Positions 1 through 14,350 of a stretch of DNA of 64,000 nt are shown one piece after another. Numbering within the stretch: position 1 is the first letter of the stretch; every line of letters begins with the position of its first letter. The notes under the pieces were generated by a model, which worked only from the letters and a program-made list of their open reading frames with translations, ran no database searches and was not told the DNA's origin. The stretch comes from Eledone cirrhosa (Eukaryota), in contig OZ024740.1 of assembly GCA_964016885.1 (NCBI GenBank), positions 121,892,001 to 121,956,000 of the forward strand. The letters run 5' to 3'. The translations under genes and the position numbers were made by a program.

Positions 1-1989
1 CTACGAAATGACGTCGATTCTCAGTTGGAAATATGTCCCTGAAGCTACTAATATAATTTTGGATTCAGCGATGAATGTTCTAAGTAACTATACTATAGGT
101 AAAGATGAAATTTTGTTTATCAGTACATCTTGTTTTTGAATACTTTTTAGTGTATTTAAGAAAGCAGGTCAGTTTTTGTTTTGGGTTTCATAATTCACGT
201 GGCTCGGTTGCATGCTGTTATTTACATGTGATATTGTGTCACTTAATTTGTATAAATTCTTTTATCTTGGAATCTATTTGGAGAATTATATTAACACGAT
301 AAATTCTACTGTATTTTGTTTGCCGTATCCTTAAATCCAGATAATGTGTCGTAATCCAGTATATTGCAGGAATTGGATATTTTTGCTGATTACAAAAAAT
401 CAATTTGTATCTATAAAGTCTATCAATATTGATTAATTATATCCTAATATTAAACTTATAAAAATATTCTGAACACATTGAAAAAGGTTTAATGATTTCT
501 AATTTTTCACTCATTTTCATCATGATTAACACCCTCTTCACCACCAGCATCATCCTCTCCACCTCCAACTTCTACACCAGCACCACCACTATCAACACCC
601 TCAGAACAACCGCAATCATCACAATTTCCATCATTACTGTATGATTATCATCCACTGCATGAATAAAATTAGAAGCTAAAACATCAAAGTAGTAATGTTC
701 ATATTTTCTTTTCGGAAATTGATATTAGTATTTTATATTTGATAAAAAGTATCAGTTGTTCTTTTTTATGATTTACCCAAGCAATTGAAGGAGTGTAAGT
801 GTGATCGGGACAAATATGAATGTATTTTAATGTGAAACAGACCATTGTGTAACATCTAACATATTTTCTTATGTTTCATAGGAATAGAACTTATAAAACG
901 CAAAACATTAATAGGCTTTACAATATTAATAGGAAGTTTCTACATGGCTGTTTGATTAACCAATCCCTCGCATCAGGTTGGTCCCTTTTAAATCTATTGA
1001 TAATTTATTTGGTCATTGATATGTAAACAAAATGGGATAGTCTCGGTCAAAATGTATTTTGTCATAAACTCGGCGTGATTAATTTTGACTCAGTGATAAA
1101 GAACACAAAATATAAACTTAAGAGCAAATGAATTTTAAACGAAAGTAGATATAAGAAAAATAATTCGGCTTTGTATAACGTGAGTGTTAAATCATAGTAG
1201 GATTATAGTGATGGCGATGCATTTCCCGACGTGAAACAATGCGAGAGTATGATGTCTCGGTATTTTGAACATTCATAATGGATGCAGTCTCTTTTAAAAT
1301 GATATCCAGTGAAGTAACATTAAAATATATATCATAAAGCTATTTACAAATGTATCATCACCATCGGCATTGGTAAAAGAAACAAAAATGTAGAAAATAA
1401 AATATACTTCTACGTGGATTCTTCGCCTGATAGACGTAACAGCCAAAACTTATTCATGACAGAGAAAAAGTAGTGCAGAGCAATACTGTTTCAAATGCAC
1501 TGGGCTATGAGTAGAAACGAAAGATCTAACAATAGATACGCATAAGCTATACTTAATGAGAAGTCGCAACTCAATAAATAAAGACATACATAGCTTACGC
1601 AATACCAGGCAGTATAACGTATCATGTTCAGTGCTAAAAACTCATGCAATTCCTTCCCAATAATATAATGCGACCAACACAACCATACACAAAACTTATA
1701 TATCTATATAATGACAATCAAACAGTAAGTCACAATTAACACAACACATAGAAATCATATCACAACGCAACCAAACACAAAATATTTAGCAGAAAACCAT
1801 AGTAGTATGTCTGCAACAGAAAACTTTGCACACACTGGCACATACAGATACACATCCATACCCACGTGCATACACATTCACACACGCATGCACTTTGACA
1901 ACATTGATGTGCATCAACTTGTATAATAAGCAGAAGAATATCACATGGGATTGTTGAAAATATAATGATGATAATAATAACAATAATGA

Positions 1990-2900
1990 AAAAGTTTAAA
2001 GTTTAAAATTATCAAGATCTATTGGAATGTCCTCAACTATTACAGCATATGTAGTAAAATAAGTTAATGAAAAACATCCAGAAATACGACAGTCATTGCA
2101 CAAAGTACGTGCAGTATTACGACTATTATTGCAAACATACAAAAAAGAAGTACTAAAATCCACAACATACCTCAGAACATATATAATTACGTTTCACCAA
2201 CAATCATAGTATGAGCTGCAACATCTACAACAACAACAACAATAATAGTAGGATTCACAACAAAAACAAGCAACGGCAATAAAATCCCCATTAAACACGA
2301 GGAACAACAGTTAAATGTAAAACTGGCAGAAAATGGATAATTTCATAGCAGAAAAAACTATCATAAACAATGAGGATTTGACTATAAAGTGAATGAGGTG
2401 ATCGTCTAAACCAAAGGATCAATATCAGAGATTACGGTGCCGGTGATGAGGAAGGACGAACTAAGGAAATCAATGTAATCGAAATAAACCACTTAATTTA
2501 TTTGACGGTGGCAATAATAACAGAAACCTTGTGAAATAAACTCAAACTCAGACATAGACAAACAGAAATCAACGATGAAAGGAAGAAATCAAGGACTAAA
2601 ATTAGAAGTAAAATATCAAAAAGTGTACGTAGGAAAGACGGTTGCGAGTTAAATTAATGAAATACGAACATAGAGTAAATAAGAAAATGAAAACAGAAGG
2701 AAATATAACGAAAAGCAAATAGACGTAAAGAGGAATAAAACGGATAAAATAAATGAAAAGTAGAGACAGTAAAGAAAACGTATAGATGTGAACTAGCAGG
2801 AAATAAAAATAGTAAAAATGATCAACAAACTATGTAGTAACGTATTGAAAAAAAGGCAAACATTTCGAATACAAGAATATAAAAAGAAGACAGAACGGAG
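1990..2900 (+). mobile_element. Highly decayed N-terminal fragment of a probable R4/Dong-type non-LTR retrotransposon
   Basis: A-rich strand starting after an AAT-like tract. Translatable remnants such as IEINHLIYLTVAII (~2478) resemble the N-terminal region of the Dong-type copy at 52-53 kb. No intact ORF; boundaries approximate. Confidence 0.35.
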
Positions 2901-3430
2901 AGGAATGGAAATAAAGAGAAGTGCAAGAAATAAAGAAAAATGCGTAAGTAAAATGAGACAGCAAATGTAAAAGATGAAATAAATGAATGTAATAAAATAA
3001 CAAACAGCTTACGCCAGAAATTCGTAAAATAATGAATGGCAAACAGTAAATCAGTTTAAGAATATGCCACAACATAATATGACTGTCAAAAATATTCTTA
3101 ATATAAATTGAGAATATATGAGATGATCTCACAAAAAGGAGGGGTGAGTTTGGTAGATATCTCTTATAGTAGTAATGTTCATTTTGTTGGGGGCGTGTCA
3201 GCGAAGGTTTAGTATAAGAGAGAAAGACATGTGTACAGAAAAGATCAACACTGACAAGAAAATCATATAATATACGAATAAAATTTAAGAGGAAAATAAA
3301 TGAAATTATGACAACCAAACACGATGCCTTCCCAAAACACACACACACACACGGTTGTACATAAATTTATACATACACACACAAGCGGATGTACATACAT
3401 ACATACATAAATACAAGCATACGTCCATGA

Positions 3431-3471
<41 letters not shown>

Positions 3472-5899
3472 CATACATAAATATATACATACTGATTATG
3501 CAATTATCTATGTGAGGGGAGATAAACTTGTTATGTTCAAAATGTTCCGCAATAATCTACACATTCATTCTTTTGTACCTAGAGTTTCGGTCCTCTGAAA
3601 TTCCTTTGCTAAACATATATTTCAAGCCAGCACCTTACAACAATATAAGCAGAAATTTAAAGCAACATTCTAGGGTGGAAGCTACTTTTATGTATAGCAT
3701 AGACATTTATTTCACCATTTGTTCTTTTTCAATTATTTCAGTTCTTTCAAATATTAAACAAGTGAAGGGCAAGCTCATTTCAGATAAGGACAAAATGGCT
3801 TGTAGTATTTAGTTTCACTCAATTCGAATGACACCTCTATCAACGTTGCTTTTCATACTTCTGTGTTCAACAAAAAAAAGCACCACATATATACTGTGAT
3901 ATATGTATTAGACTGGTATTTGTAATTCATCGGCTTCATCAAGCAAGAAACATCTGTTGAGTATGACGAACGAATCGTTAATCACTTGCTGCATATTAAG
4001 AGTAATTGAAGGTGCTCGTGTCAGGTGCAATGACCTCAGGTAGTACTAGGTTGGAGGGACACAATAGGGTTAAATAATGTAGATACAATATGGGCCATTT
4101 AGGGAGAGAAATTGGATTATATCCACTCCGGTGGATACGGAAAAATGGGCTGAGAAGGACGACAATATGCAATCCGTATAAATAGTAGTTGAGAATATCG
4201 CGTAAAATTCCTCTGGATGGAGATAAATGCGTATTGTGGCCCTTCTCTCTTCATTTTTGATGTCTCCAGGGATTCTTAACGGAAAAGTTACAGTAGACAA
4301 TCTACTGACTACCTTAAAAACAGGGGATGTTTGCGACCATAATGTGTGACCTCAGAAACTGATAATAGGGAAAAAAAACTGTATTTAGTTTTGAAGGACG
4401 TATATATTACCGATGTTAATGGGAAATAAAATAATTAGTGTTTTCTCGAAATAATAAAATGTAAATTTTATCCACGGTAATACAATAATGTGATGTTAAA
4501 TTGAGGATATGCGTGGCCCTTCCTTAATGATCGTATTAGTCACAGCACACTCTCGTTTTTTGCATTAATTGTATGTAATATAATATCCCAAGCATTCAGT
4601 TATGTATTTTCGATGGTTGTATAGACTTAGGTACAATTTGATTCACTTCAATGGCATTTACATACAACAGGTTATGTGAAAAGTGTACCCAAATATTAGC
4701 TTTATTGTAATATAATGATAAAAGAAGTGCGTAATTTGTGTACTGTTATTTACACTATATTTTCGAATATAATATTACCTGTCACAATTGAAAACTGTAG
4801 CTTAGTAATAAGCACTAGTATATGTTAGAGTTATGTTGTGGTAATGCGATTATTAATGTAATCAAAACGATTTATTTCAGTATGACCACAGCTACACCTA
4901 TTATTCACTACAATAGATACAGTAGCAGCAATATATTTATACTTGATACAGCTTGGAAGAATGGAAGTGGCCATGACATATTTTACAGTATCAGAGACTG
5001 AAAACAGCAAGTTATTATCAGATTTGAAACGCAGTAAGAATGTTTCTAACGGGGCATTAAGTTTTATCAAACTAATGTATTAAATTTACCCTCCAAAATA
5101 AAAATTGCTCTTCATATGGATTTATACACACATGTCATACAATGGCATTCCCCAACGCGAGGGTAAGGAAGAATCGATCTACACAAGATACTATGCTGAT
5201 AGATTGAAGGGAAAATCACCTAGCTGTAAAGCGAACCTTTTGCCATAATAAACATGACTGACAAATCAGAGATATTCGATGACGTCGTTGAAGGCGATGT
5301 AGCTTAATGCTAATAATGATAATTTTATATTTAATACAAACAACAACCATAATATTGATTCAGATTGTAGGTGATGGATTAAGAGGATCCTTAGAGCCAA
5401 AATAATTTCGGCATAATTTACGAATGTTTACGTTCCAAGTTCTAATTCCACCTAGACTAACGTTGCCTTTCATTCTTTGGGGTCGATAAATACATTACAA
5501 AGCAAGTATGTGTCGATATCTCAACATTCATCACCCTCAAAACATTCACTGCTCCTGTGTCTAATTTAGAAGCAATAGCAATTATTTTAAATAAGTTGAT
5601 TTTTCGATTATAATAGCAAAAGAAGTGGTAGATGGATCAACTAAACATAAATCTACAGTAGTAGCAGTAGTGTGGTGAAATATTAATGTTAATTATCATA
5701 TGCTGGTGATGTGTATTATGGAAAACTACGTTCGCCCAGAGAAACCTGTCCTCGCGGTGTTGCAGGTAATGACGATTAGTTGTTGGCTGTGGCTGGGAGG
5801 AGGTTAACAGCATTTCCGATGATATTGATTAGCAATGCAATAATGAGTCAATGTGTAATTAAATTTCCCTCTAATTTAACAATGAAGCTTAACAATAGT

Positions 5900-5991
5900 T
5901 GTTTCTACTTTAGGCACAAGGCCAGCAATTACCCAGTGCATTACTGGTACTTTATTTTATCGACCCCGTAAGGATGAAAGGCAAAGTTAAC
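5900..5991 (-). mobile_element. 5'-truncated SINE copy
   Basis: Matches the 3' half of the SINE at 46094-46278; flanked by a short direct repeat AACAATAGT (5891-5899 and 5992-6000). Confidence 0.85.
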
Positions 5992-6045
5992 AACAATAGT
6001 GAATTTAAAATATCCCCAGCAAATTAGAACGAAACAGCAGCGACG

Positions 6046-6155
<110 letters not shown>

Positions 6156-6819
6156 GTGTCAGCAGCATTCTAGTGAAAGTGTGAATATACTTTTGGGGGG
6201 ATACCCTGTATATATTTATATATATAAATTCTCTGTGTGTGCGTGTGTTTGCGGAAGAAAACCGTAGTGGGAAATGTGAGAAAAGTTGAAATTATAAAAT
6301 CGCATAGTAATATATAAATGATGATAACAACAATTTTCATAAGATCTATTAAAGTGAAACGAAGAAATTGCTAATATATTCACATCGACTTCCTTGGTGA
6401 ATCCATTCAACCAGAATATACTTTGATCCTTTCAAATATCTCTTTATTTTTCGTTGTTTATTTTATTAACAATATTTTTTTCTTTTGTATTATGGTAAAA
6501 GAAAGAAAAAAAAAGGTAAAGAGGCAGAACTGATGTAATGTGTATGCAATTAAAAACCAGAATAACTTAATATTATTGCAAAAGTTTAGTTTGTGGCAGA
6601 CTACAACGTAACACATGAATTGGTTCCAGAAAAAAATATCAGTAAACAAATGATTGGAGCTGATTCGATGCACATGTTTGGTTGACCAGGGGCATTTGAA
6701 TGACATGAGTGAAAAAGGAAATTTATGTTTATATTAATTAAATGAATGCAAATTGAGATTTTTATTTAATTATTCATTTACGTTAGACAGCAAAATTTAA
6801 AACTAAAAATTACAGAAAT

Positions 6820-7345
6820 GAATTTAGTTGATTCAATCGACTTCAGTATTTGACTGGTACTAAATTTTATCACCATAGGAATTATGGAAAGTAAAGTTAA
6901 CCGCGGTGGGATTAGAATCAATTAAGTACGGAAACAGAAATATTGGATCGACACAATGTGTCTGATGTTCAAATGATTCTTCGAATTCACCACCCTTGAT
7001 AATAATATTTGTTTTTACTTTAGGCACACAGCCAAACATCTGTGTGGTGAAAAAAATGTCAATTTAATCGAGCACAGTACTCAACTGGTATTACATTTTA
7101 TATATCTTGGAAGGACGAAAATTAAATCTGAATTCTGAGCGATTTTCCCCCTTACAGAAAGAACTTTTGCGATGTGAGTGTTGAATTAATCCTTTAAATT
7201 GTGTAGCATATCTTAAAAAGGGAATTATACCAGACAACGTTGAGTTTGGTGGAATTTGAAGTCGCAATGTAAAGATCCGTTAGAAATACCGCAAAGCATT
7301 TTACTCAACACACAAATGGTTCTGCCAACTCACTTCCATAATGAT
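6820..7345 (-). mobile_element. Cluster of old, degenerate SINE copies
   Basis: Recognisable remnants of ACTGGTACT...TTTTAT, GGAATTTGAA and the GGCAC...GCC tail motif. Confidence 0.55.
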
Positions 7346-7464
7346 TAACAAATAACCGGATCCTATAAAATATAAATGTAATGAATTATAAACGAATGAA
7401 TGAGTGACATATGTAGAAACGATGGAAACGATTGAATCTATGTAACAAAAAGCAATGGAAATTA

Positions 7465-7866
7465 ATGGTTTCTTATATAGGCACAAGCCCAGCAATTTTT
7501 GGGGGGAGGGGAAAGTTTAATTAAATCGAATCCAGTGCGTGACTGGTGTTTTATTTTATCGACCCCGTAATGATGAATAGCAAAGTTAAACTCGGCAGGA
7601 TTTGAACTCAGACCGTATGCTGCAAAGCATGACCTCCGACTCTCTACCGAAACTGCCAATCAACTGCCAAATGGAAATAATTCTTTCTACTTTTGGCACA
7701 CGGCCAGCAATTACCCATTGAATTATTTGTACTTTATTTTATCGAGCCCGTATGGATGAAAGGCAAAGTTAACCTGGGCGGGATTTGAAATCAGAATCGA
7801 AAGGGCCGTAACTCTATGCGTCAAAGCATGGCGTCCGACCCTCTATTGATACTGCCACTCCACCGA
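7465..7866 (-). mobile_element. Two tandem SINE copies (about 7465-7670 and 7680-7866)
   Basis: Both contain TTTATTTTATCGA(C/G)CCCGTA..GATGAA.GCAAAGTTAA..GGATTTGAA, as in the reference copy at 46094-46278. Confidence 0.85.
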
Positions 7867-7968
7867 AATAATGAGGCAACATTATATGCAAAGAAAGAGA
7901 TAAATACAGAATATTAGGAATGATGTAAGCTATATAAGAAGGAAAAACCTCAAGAAATGTATCGAAAG

Positions 7969-8280
7969 AAAATCTGAACGATCAAAAATGAATAAACCAT
8001 TAAACTATATATCAATGAGGCTAAAAAGAATCTATAAAACATGATTAAATGTTCTACGTAAGAGAAGGGACACATGGATATTTAATAAACTGGGGAATAC
8101 GGAAAAAGAAACGGTGATATAAAATATTTCTTGTTTTTCAGACCTTTCCGTATTCCCCAGTTTATTAAATATCTGTGTCCCTTCTCTTACGTAGAACATT
8201 TAATCATGATTTATAGATTCTTTTTAGCCTCATTGTTACATAGTTTAATGGTCTATTCATTTTTGATCGTTCAGATTTTC
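7969..8280. repeat. About 135-bp inverted repeat with ~39-bp spacer (Penelope-like inversion)
   Basis: 7969-8105 (GAAAATCTGAACGATC...GGAATACGGAAA) is the reverse complement of 8145-8280 with few mismatches. Confidence 0.9.
8108..8148 (-). ncRNA. Degenerate minimal type I hammerhead-like motif
   Basis: Minus strand reads GAAAGGT-CTGAAAA-acaa-GAAA-TAT(ttt)ATA-TC-ACCGTTTC. Stems I and III and the AUC triplet fit; G8 is A and stem II is essentially absent. Confidence 0.4.
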
Positions 8281-9639
8281 ATACTGTTGGCATTAAATCT
8301 ATACACCAAAGGATATATTTTTACGAATAGTTTACCAGAAGATATTTTTTGACTTTTGCCCATACTGAATTCATCAATTAAAAATTTACAGATCATATCC
8401 CTGGTTATATTCATCTCAATACTACTAACTCACAATGTATTTAAATCCTCAACATAACTTACTATATTGCGAATAACGTCGAAGAGGCATTCACCAGAGG
8501 AGAAATATTTATGTAACGCAATATTTTCAGATGCTAGTGCCTTCACATAAATAACATTAGTTTCTAGTAAAAAGAAAAAGCGATTACTTTCAGACAATAC
8601 ATTAAATAAACTATTGGATGTATAAAAATAAGGCTTTAAATGTAAGAAATTTTAATTTGAACTAATACCATCTATAATATCAGGTAATTTAACTAATTAC
8701 ATTTTAAGTGAATTTACCTATCACAGAACCGACTCAATTATAATCCATAAATACATCAAGATTCAAAGAATTCTTTCAACTAAAAGTATGTAGCAGTCAT
8801 ATCTGACATATCAAGAATGATCAATGATATTCCTGGGTGAATATGAAAATGTTTCTGAAATGTATGCTGCCGTTTTCAAGTTAAAAGGTTTCACCCTAAG
8901 AGACCCCTTTTAGCTGTGTTTAACATGTTATCGGTGCATTCAATGCATGTCCGGTTTTTTAATGATATAAAAACTGTCACAGTGAGGGAAGTGCACGTCT
9001 TTGATATGAGACACTTACTTTTACCATCATGCCATGTTCAAAATTGAATTTAATGTGACGTACCAAGAGGCATCAACGTCATGCAGTAAAAGTGCCGATG
9101 TATCTTTGGACAGGCTACTTAATTTTCACATTTCCTCCCCATCCAGTCCAGCTATCTTCGGGTAAGAGAAGCTAATAGATTTTCATCCTTTTCAGTGAGA
9201 TTATTTAGCATTATTTTCAGAGTTCATTTTTTACAACTAGGACGATATGAATTAAGCAACACGAATTAAGCAACATCCATATAAACTTTAACTAAATTAT
9301 TTAACATCATGATCTCTTTATTTACAGTATATTCTCAAATTTACTTGTCGACATCTATCCATTACTAAACAAGCCTAAACAATACCATTTTTTATTCTTC
9401 GAATGGCAATATGGGCGTTTAAACTATATCATGTGTTTAGGATATACATACATTTTGCTTTAATGGTTATGATCGTACCTGATATATACATTGCCTGATT
9501 TTACTTTCATTTCGCTAGATAGACTCCGTTTTATTGTTGAATATATAAGAAATAAAACATTTATGTGTGTTATGGAAACTTTAATCTCAGAATTCATTAG
9601 TACTAAAATATTTCATCCGTAAGTCAGTTATTTCGGGTC

Positions 9640-10055
9640 AACCCGTAACTATGGTGCTGAATCCTGAGTAATGACCGAAAGAATACGATCGCGAATACAA
9701 GCGGCCGAAGTGGGCCTCCTCCGAAGCGTCTTTGGAGATCAGAAAGGCACTCCAGATAGAGATGTTACCTCTTCGAATTGAGAGATCACAGTTCCGATGA
9801 CATGGGTATGTGGATAGAATATCCCAGGAAAGAATTATGGGCAGTTTTTATGGGCAAAACCAACCGTGAAGAGCCCCAGGGGTAAACCTCGAGCAAAATC
9901 GTTAGATAACATCCATGTGCTTGGCTGCTCTCGCTTGGGAATCTGGTCGGATCAGTTGGAGGCCGTTGCACCTGACAGGACCCGGTGGAAGGAATGTTTG
10001 GGGTCTCTGCCTCCATGACCTTTTGAGGAATAAGAGGGCGAATAAAAATAATAAC
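9640..10055 (+). mobile_element. RTE-clade LINE 3' fragment
   Basis: Translates with stops to YGAES*VMTERIRSRIQAAEVGLLR...RIERSQFR*HGYVDRI...RGKPR, a typical RTE C-terminus. Confidence 0.75.
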
Positions 10056-12214
10056 AATGATTATAATAGTAGCGTTACTCGATAGAATGCGTCAGGTATT
10101 CATCCGAAGCAACTACATACATTTACGGCATACAGAAACCGCTGGAACGCATGCTTAAAGACTCTGCCCCCAAAATCCTACTAGAAATATGTGGGTGAAT
10201 AAGAAAAAGAAGAAGAAGAAGAAGAAGAAGAAGAAGAGTATGTATTCAGTTACAATTCAGAAGTAAGTTTGATAGATACGTAGAAACGTTGAGGCTGTAT
10301 TTACCCTGTATGTATAACCTTCTTCAGTCATTTTTAGTTCACCATAAGCGCATCAATAAGTTTCAATGTGGATAGGGAAATAACATTGTAAAATGTGTTT
10401 CTAGTTTGTTTAAGTAGAGATTACTTGTAAGGCACTTAAAGGAGAAAGTGTATTACATGGAAAATGTGCAGATTATATACTATTGAATTTCAAGTATATA
10501 TGCTCGGATCCTTGTGGATTGATGAAGCATATTAGAACATCTTTTTGTGAATCTCCAGTCTGCAGATTTCTTGGCCTTATGCACACGAAATTAACACGGC
10601 ATTCCCTCTGGATCTGATGTACTTACATACAATTATAGCATCCTGTTATATCTATTTGAACGTAACTATATCGTGCAGAAGGAAGCAGCATCGATGATTA
10701 GATGCGAGCAACTATCCACTGACTGGCTTGGTATGTTCTTCATTTAATCACCAGGGCAATAAATAAGAATACGGAAAAACAAACAAACAAAAAGCAAACA
10801 CTTATAACTATATTACAAATATTCATGTTTAGTCATTTTCTCAGACCTTGTTGTTACTAGCAGACACTAATTTATAGGAATTCGTACTGCAATTATTCAC
10901 GTCTATTCTATCTAAATAACGTCTTATATTTTCAAACAAATTCCGGTACATGACAAATCTAGAACTTATTTTTGTATCATGTGTCTTAAAGAATAATCCG
11001 ACATATGTTACCTCAAACACGGTCAATAATCTTTTATCTTCAAGTAATACTCTATACGTGACTGTCTTAATGTTTAATTCTCATTTCTACATCGACACAA
11101 AGGTTTGCAATTAATGTGCTCTGTTATTAAGCAATCATTATTTTAAATTAATGTTTAATTTGGCGTAAATTCCAAAGTCTCTATGACACCAACTTGTTCT
11201 TGTATACTCAGTTGACTGGGAATTATCAGAAAATCAGTTGCATACTATCTTACATACGTCTAACAGAGATAACACTTGATACAATACAGACAAAATACCT
11301 CTCACCTTCAATCTTTTACTATTCAAATCAACCGAATTTATTTAACCACTTTACTGATTAGCTGTCCATCTGCAATAATACAGAGACGCCGCGTGCTATT
11401 ATAGACAGAAAACCGTAATTAAAATGTGTGTAACATTATGCGTGTGTGACAGCGAAATAGATAAGAAGACAGATATTGTAAAGCATGTTTTAAATATCTA
11501 TAGAAAGCAATGTTTTAAATATGTAGCATCTACCATTAATTATACTTGTATCTCAAATATATATTGACTTTATTTCATACCCGTTGATGTTTCACAATTA
11601 CTTAAAATGTTTTCAAGTGGTAAATTTATAATGAATTCTCAGATTCCTGCTTACATTTAACTCTGATAAGGTCATTTTTCTGCAGAAAAATGTCATGGTG
11701 AATTTAACACACTTCAAATTATAATGAAAACAACCACGAAGTTGAAACAAGTCGAGAACAATTGTAGATATCACTGATAGAATTAGTGGAGGCATAGGAA
11801 TTCTTGATTTATTTGTGTTAAGAAATATTGCTTGCACGAGTAGATATATTTTCAATTCACAATTAATACAAATAATGGTAAGGAAATTCGAGAAAGTTAA
11901 GTCATATGGTTACATTGCTTTACGTGCGTATAGCATTGACTTGATTTACCTATCTACAGCCAGGTAAACTGAGCTATAGAGAAAAGAACACACACAGTGC
12001 AAATGACATGAACCAAATAATTGAATTTTGGAGTGATCATCTGATATTTCATTGACCCAAACATACACGATGTCCTTCGACGAAGAAGCTAACAATAATA
12101 AGAATAACTATAGTATCATTTAACATAATATGTATACTTACCATATTGTGTTTTACGTGTTATATGTTATATGACCTGTCAGAAGAGCATCGAACAAAAA
12201 AGCGTTGCATTATA

Positions 12215-12380
12215 CAGTTATGGCCCTTTACGTTCGGAGGTAACATTACATTGAGGGAAGGTTTGCCTTTTATACTTACAGGGTTTATAAATTAAAAGTA
12301 CCAGTAACTAAGGTCAATGTAATCGATTTTTCACTTACATTCAAATTGCCGGATTTGTATCCAATGTAAAAACAAATATT
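12215..12380 (+). mobile_element. Degenerate SINE copy
   Basis: TTTGCCTTTTATAC..GGG..ATAAATTAAAAGTACCAGTAA matches the SINE core. Confidence 0.5.
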
Positions 12381-13149
12381 TGATGTAAATCGGCGTTACC
12401 CTGTGAATTGAATCGGATATGGTTTTCCCTTGATTTAATGTGAATTTACAACAAATCAAATTGTGAAATTTGAAAATTTTTTGAAAAAAATGTGAGAGAC
12501 CATAATCGGTTACTTTCGCATTTGGAGATTTAATGCAGGTTGAAAATATCTAATAACATTTCATAGTAAAATCATTTAATAATATAAGCCAGCTGGCCAT
12601 AGATAATTCATATTACATTAGATTGATAGATGGTAACAAATATTAGATAATATTGCTCTCAAAGTTTGCAGTTTAGCAAACGATTAGGGATGGTAGATGT
12701 GAATAGGCTTGTAGGATAATTCAGCAAAGGCTAGATGGATAAAGAGTCGAGTATATATACTGGAATGTCATTAGAGAGATCTAAGTCATCATGGTCAGAA
12801 AAGCTGAATATGTTGTTAAAACAGTGCGATAAACTGCATAAGTCTGTAGTTGTACAACTGTGTCACAACCAGAGAAGGATGGACAGCAACAGCAGCTTCA
12901 AAGGCCAAAACAACATCAACATCAGCCCCAGGAACACCAATAACAACAGCAACAATAACGCGAAAAAATATATGCCCCAGCTCTGAGACAAGCCTGGGCT
13001 GTAAGCGATTTCTTCGAAGCTACAGCTGTCACCCTTTCTCCATCAACACCATTTACCGTTGTTGGTCCAGGTTGCTTATTCATCTGGGAGTTGCACTCTT
13101 ATATCGGAAATAACCATCGTATCTAGTGGCCGTTGCGCAATGCGCCACT

Positions 13150-13480
13150 TACGACGCAGTGTCTAGCAGAAGAGGTGTGGATTTCCCCTGAAGCAGGTGG
13201 AAATCATGTATCTCAGGGACGACGCGTTCAAGAATTGCATGGGCTGGTGTAGTAATGCGCCGGCTTCTGCATTTAGTAATCAGATGAAGGGAGGTTGGAG
13301 TAAAAGTCAAAGTTTCGATCTTCAATTCGATATTCGTGTCAGCCCTTACCTACAGTCATCTCGGGAAACGACCGAAAAAATACGATCGCGAATACAAGTG
13401 CTCAAAATGAGGTTCCTCCGAAAAGTATTTCGAGTAATATTACTAGATAGGGTGTGTTGCTCGGAGATCAGCAATAAGTG
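13150..13480 (+). mobile_element. RTE-clade LINE fragment, similar to 9640-10055
   Basis: TTEKIRSRIQVLKMRFLRKV; the DNA shares GACCGAAA.AATACGATCGCGAATACAAG with 9673-9701. Confidence 0.7.
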
Positions 13481-13749
13481 AGTTGAAGAAGAAGAAGAAG
13501 AAGAAGAAGAAGAAGAAGAAGAAGAAGACATGCCCTTCCTCATCTTGGTATAATCTTACATGGTTTGCAGCGAGGGTGTGGTGAAAATGTGTTGGTCACA
13601 AATAAAATGAAATATATAATTTGTATTCCCCTACAAAGAAAGGGAACAGAAAAAATAAAAGCCGTAATGCACACAACATAAACACCAGTAATGACAAGCG
13701 CATAAGTAGTCGCTACGTTGTTTCTGAAAGAGATCTTATGATATGGACC

Positions 13750-14230
13750 ATCTTCATGGCCCCAGTAGATACATTTGTGGTACTGGGCTTGTCCAGCAGC
13801 GAAGGATATGCGTTAAGTGTAGTGGTTGTCTATGTCCACTTTGTCAACGCCCACTCCAACCAATGTAAATCGGACACAATTTCGGTAAACATCCTACACC
13901 TGCTTGGACAGCATCGTCTAGCATATTTTCGCACTGTCTCCCAGCCATAAAGTGGTGCTTGCATAAACTCTGTTCACTTGTCGTCAGTACTCAGCACAGC
14001 TTCCGGCTTTGCATTTAAATCAAATGTCACTACGGTTACTTATTGAAAACGTTCGATATGTTTGGGGAAAATTCCAGCCTTCTTGGTCCCTGAACTCCTC
14101 CCATTTCACTACTATCGTGATGGGAAAGGCCATCTACAGAATGGGGTGCCATGTCCTGGAATAGCTATTTCAACTATTCACTCTTGCTAACCTCCTGCGT
14201 ACCGAGATCAATGTAGTTCAATATCCATTA
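13750..14230 (-). mobile_element. Possible decayed LINE RT fragment
   Basis: GC-richer patch; minus-strand remnant resembling the APGxDGL motif near 14130-14150. Confidence 0.25.
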
Positions 14231-14315
14231 AACCCATAATGTAGATTACGCTATGTTTTATTCGCATCAGAACGTGTTCTCTTATTGAGGTATCGATGGT
14301 GTAGTTCAAGATATT

Positions 14316-14350
<35 letters not shown>

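Noticed and set aside
3263-3503. ORFs with YIYI, VCVC, poly-I, poly-L, poly-V or poly-F runs here and throughout the window
   Set aside because: These are translations of (TA)n, (CA)n, (AAT)n, (TAG)n and (GAA)n microsatellites, not genes.
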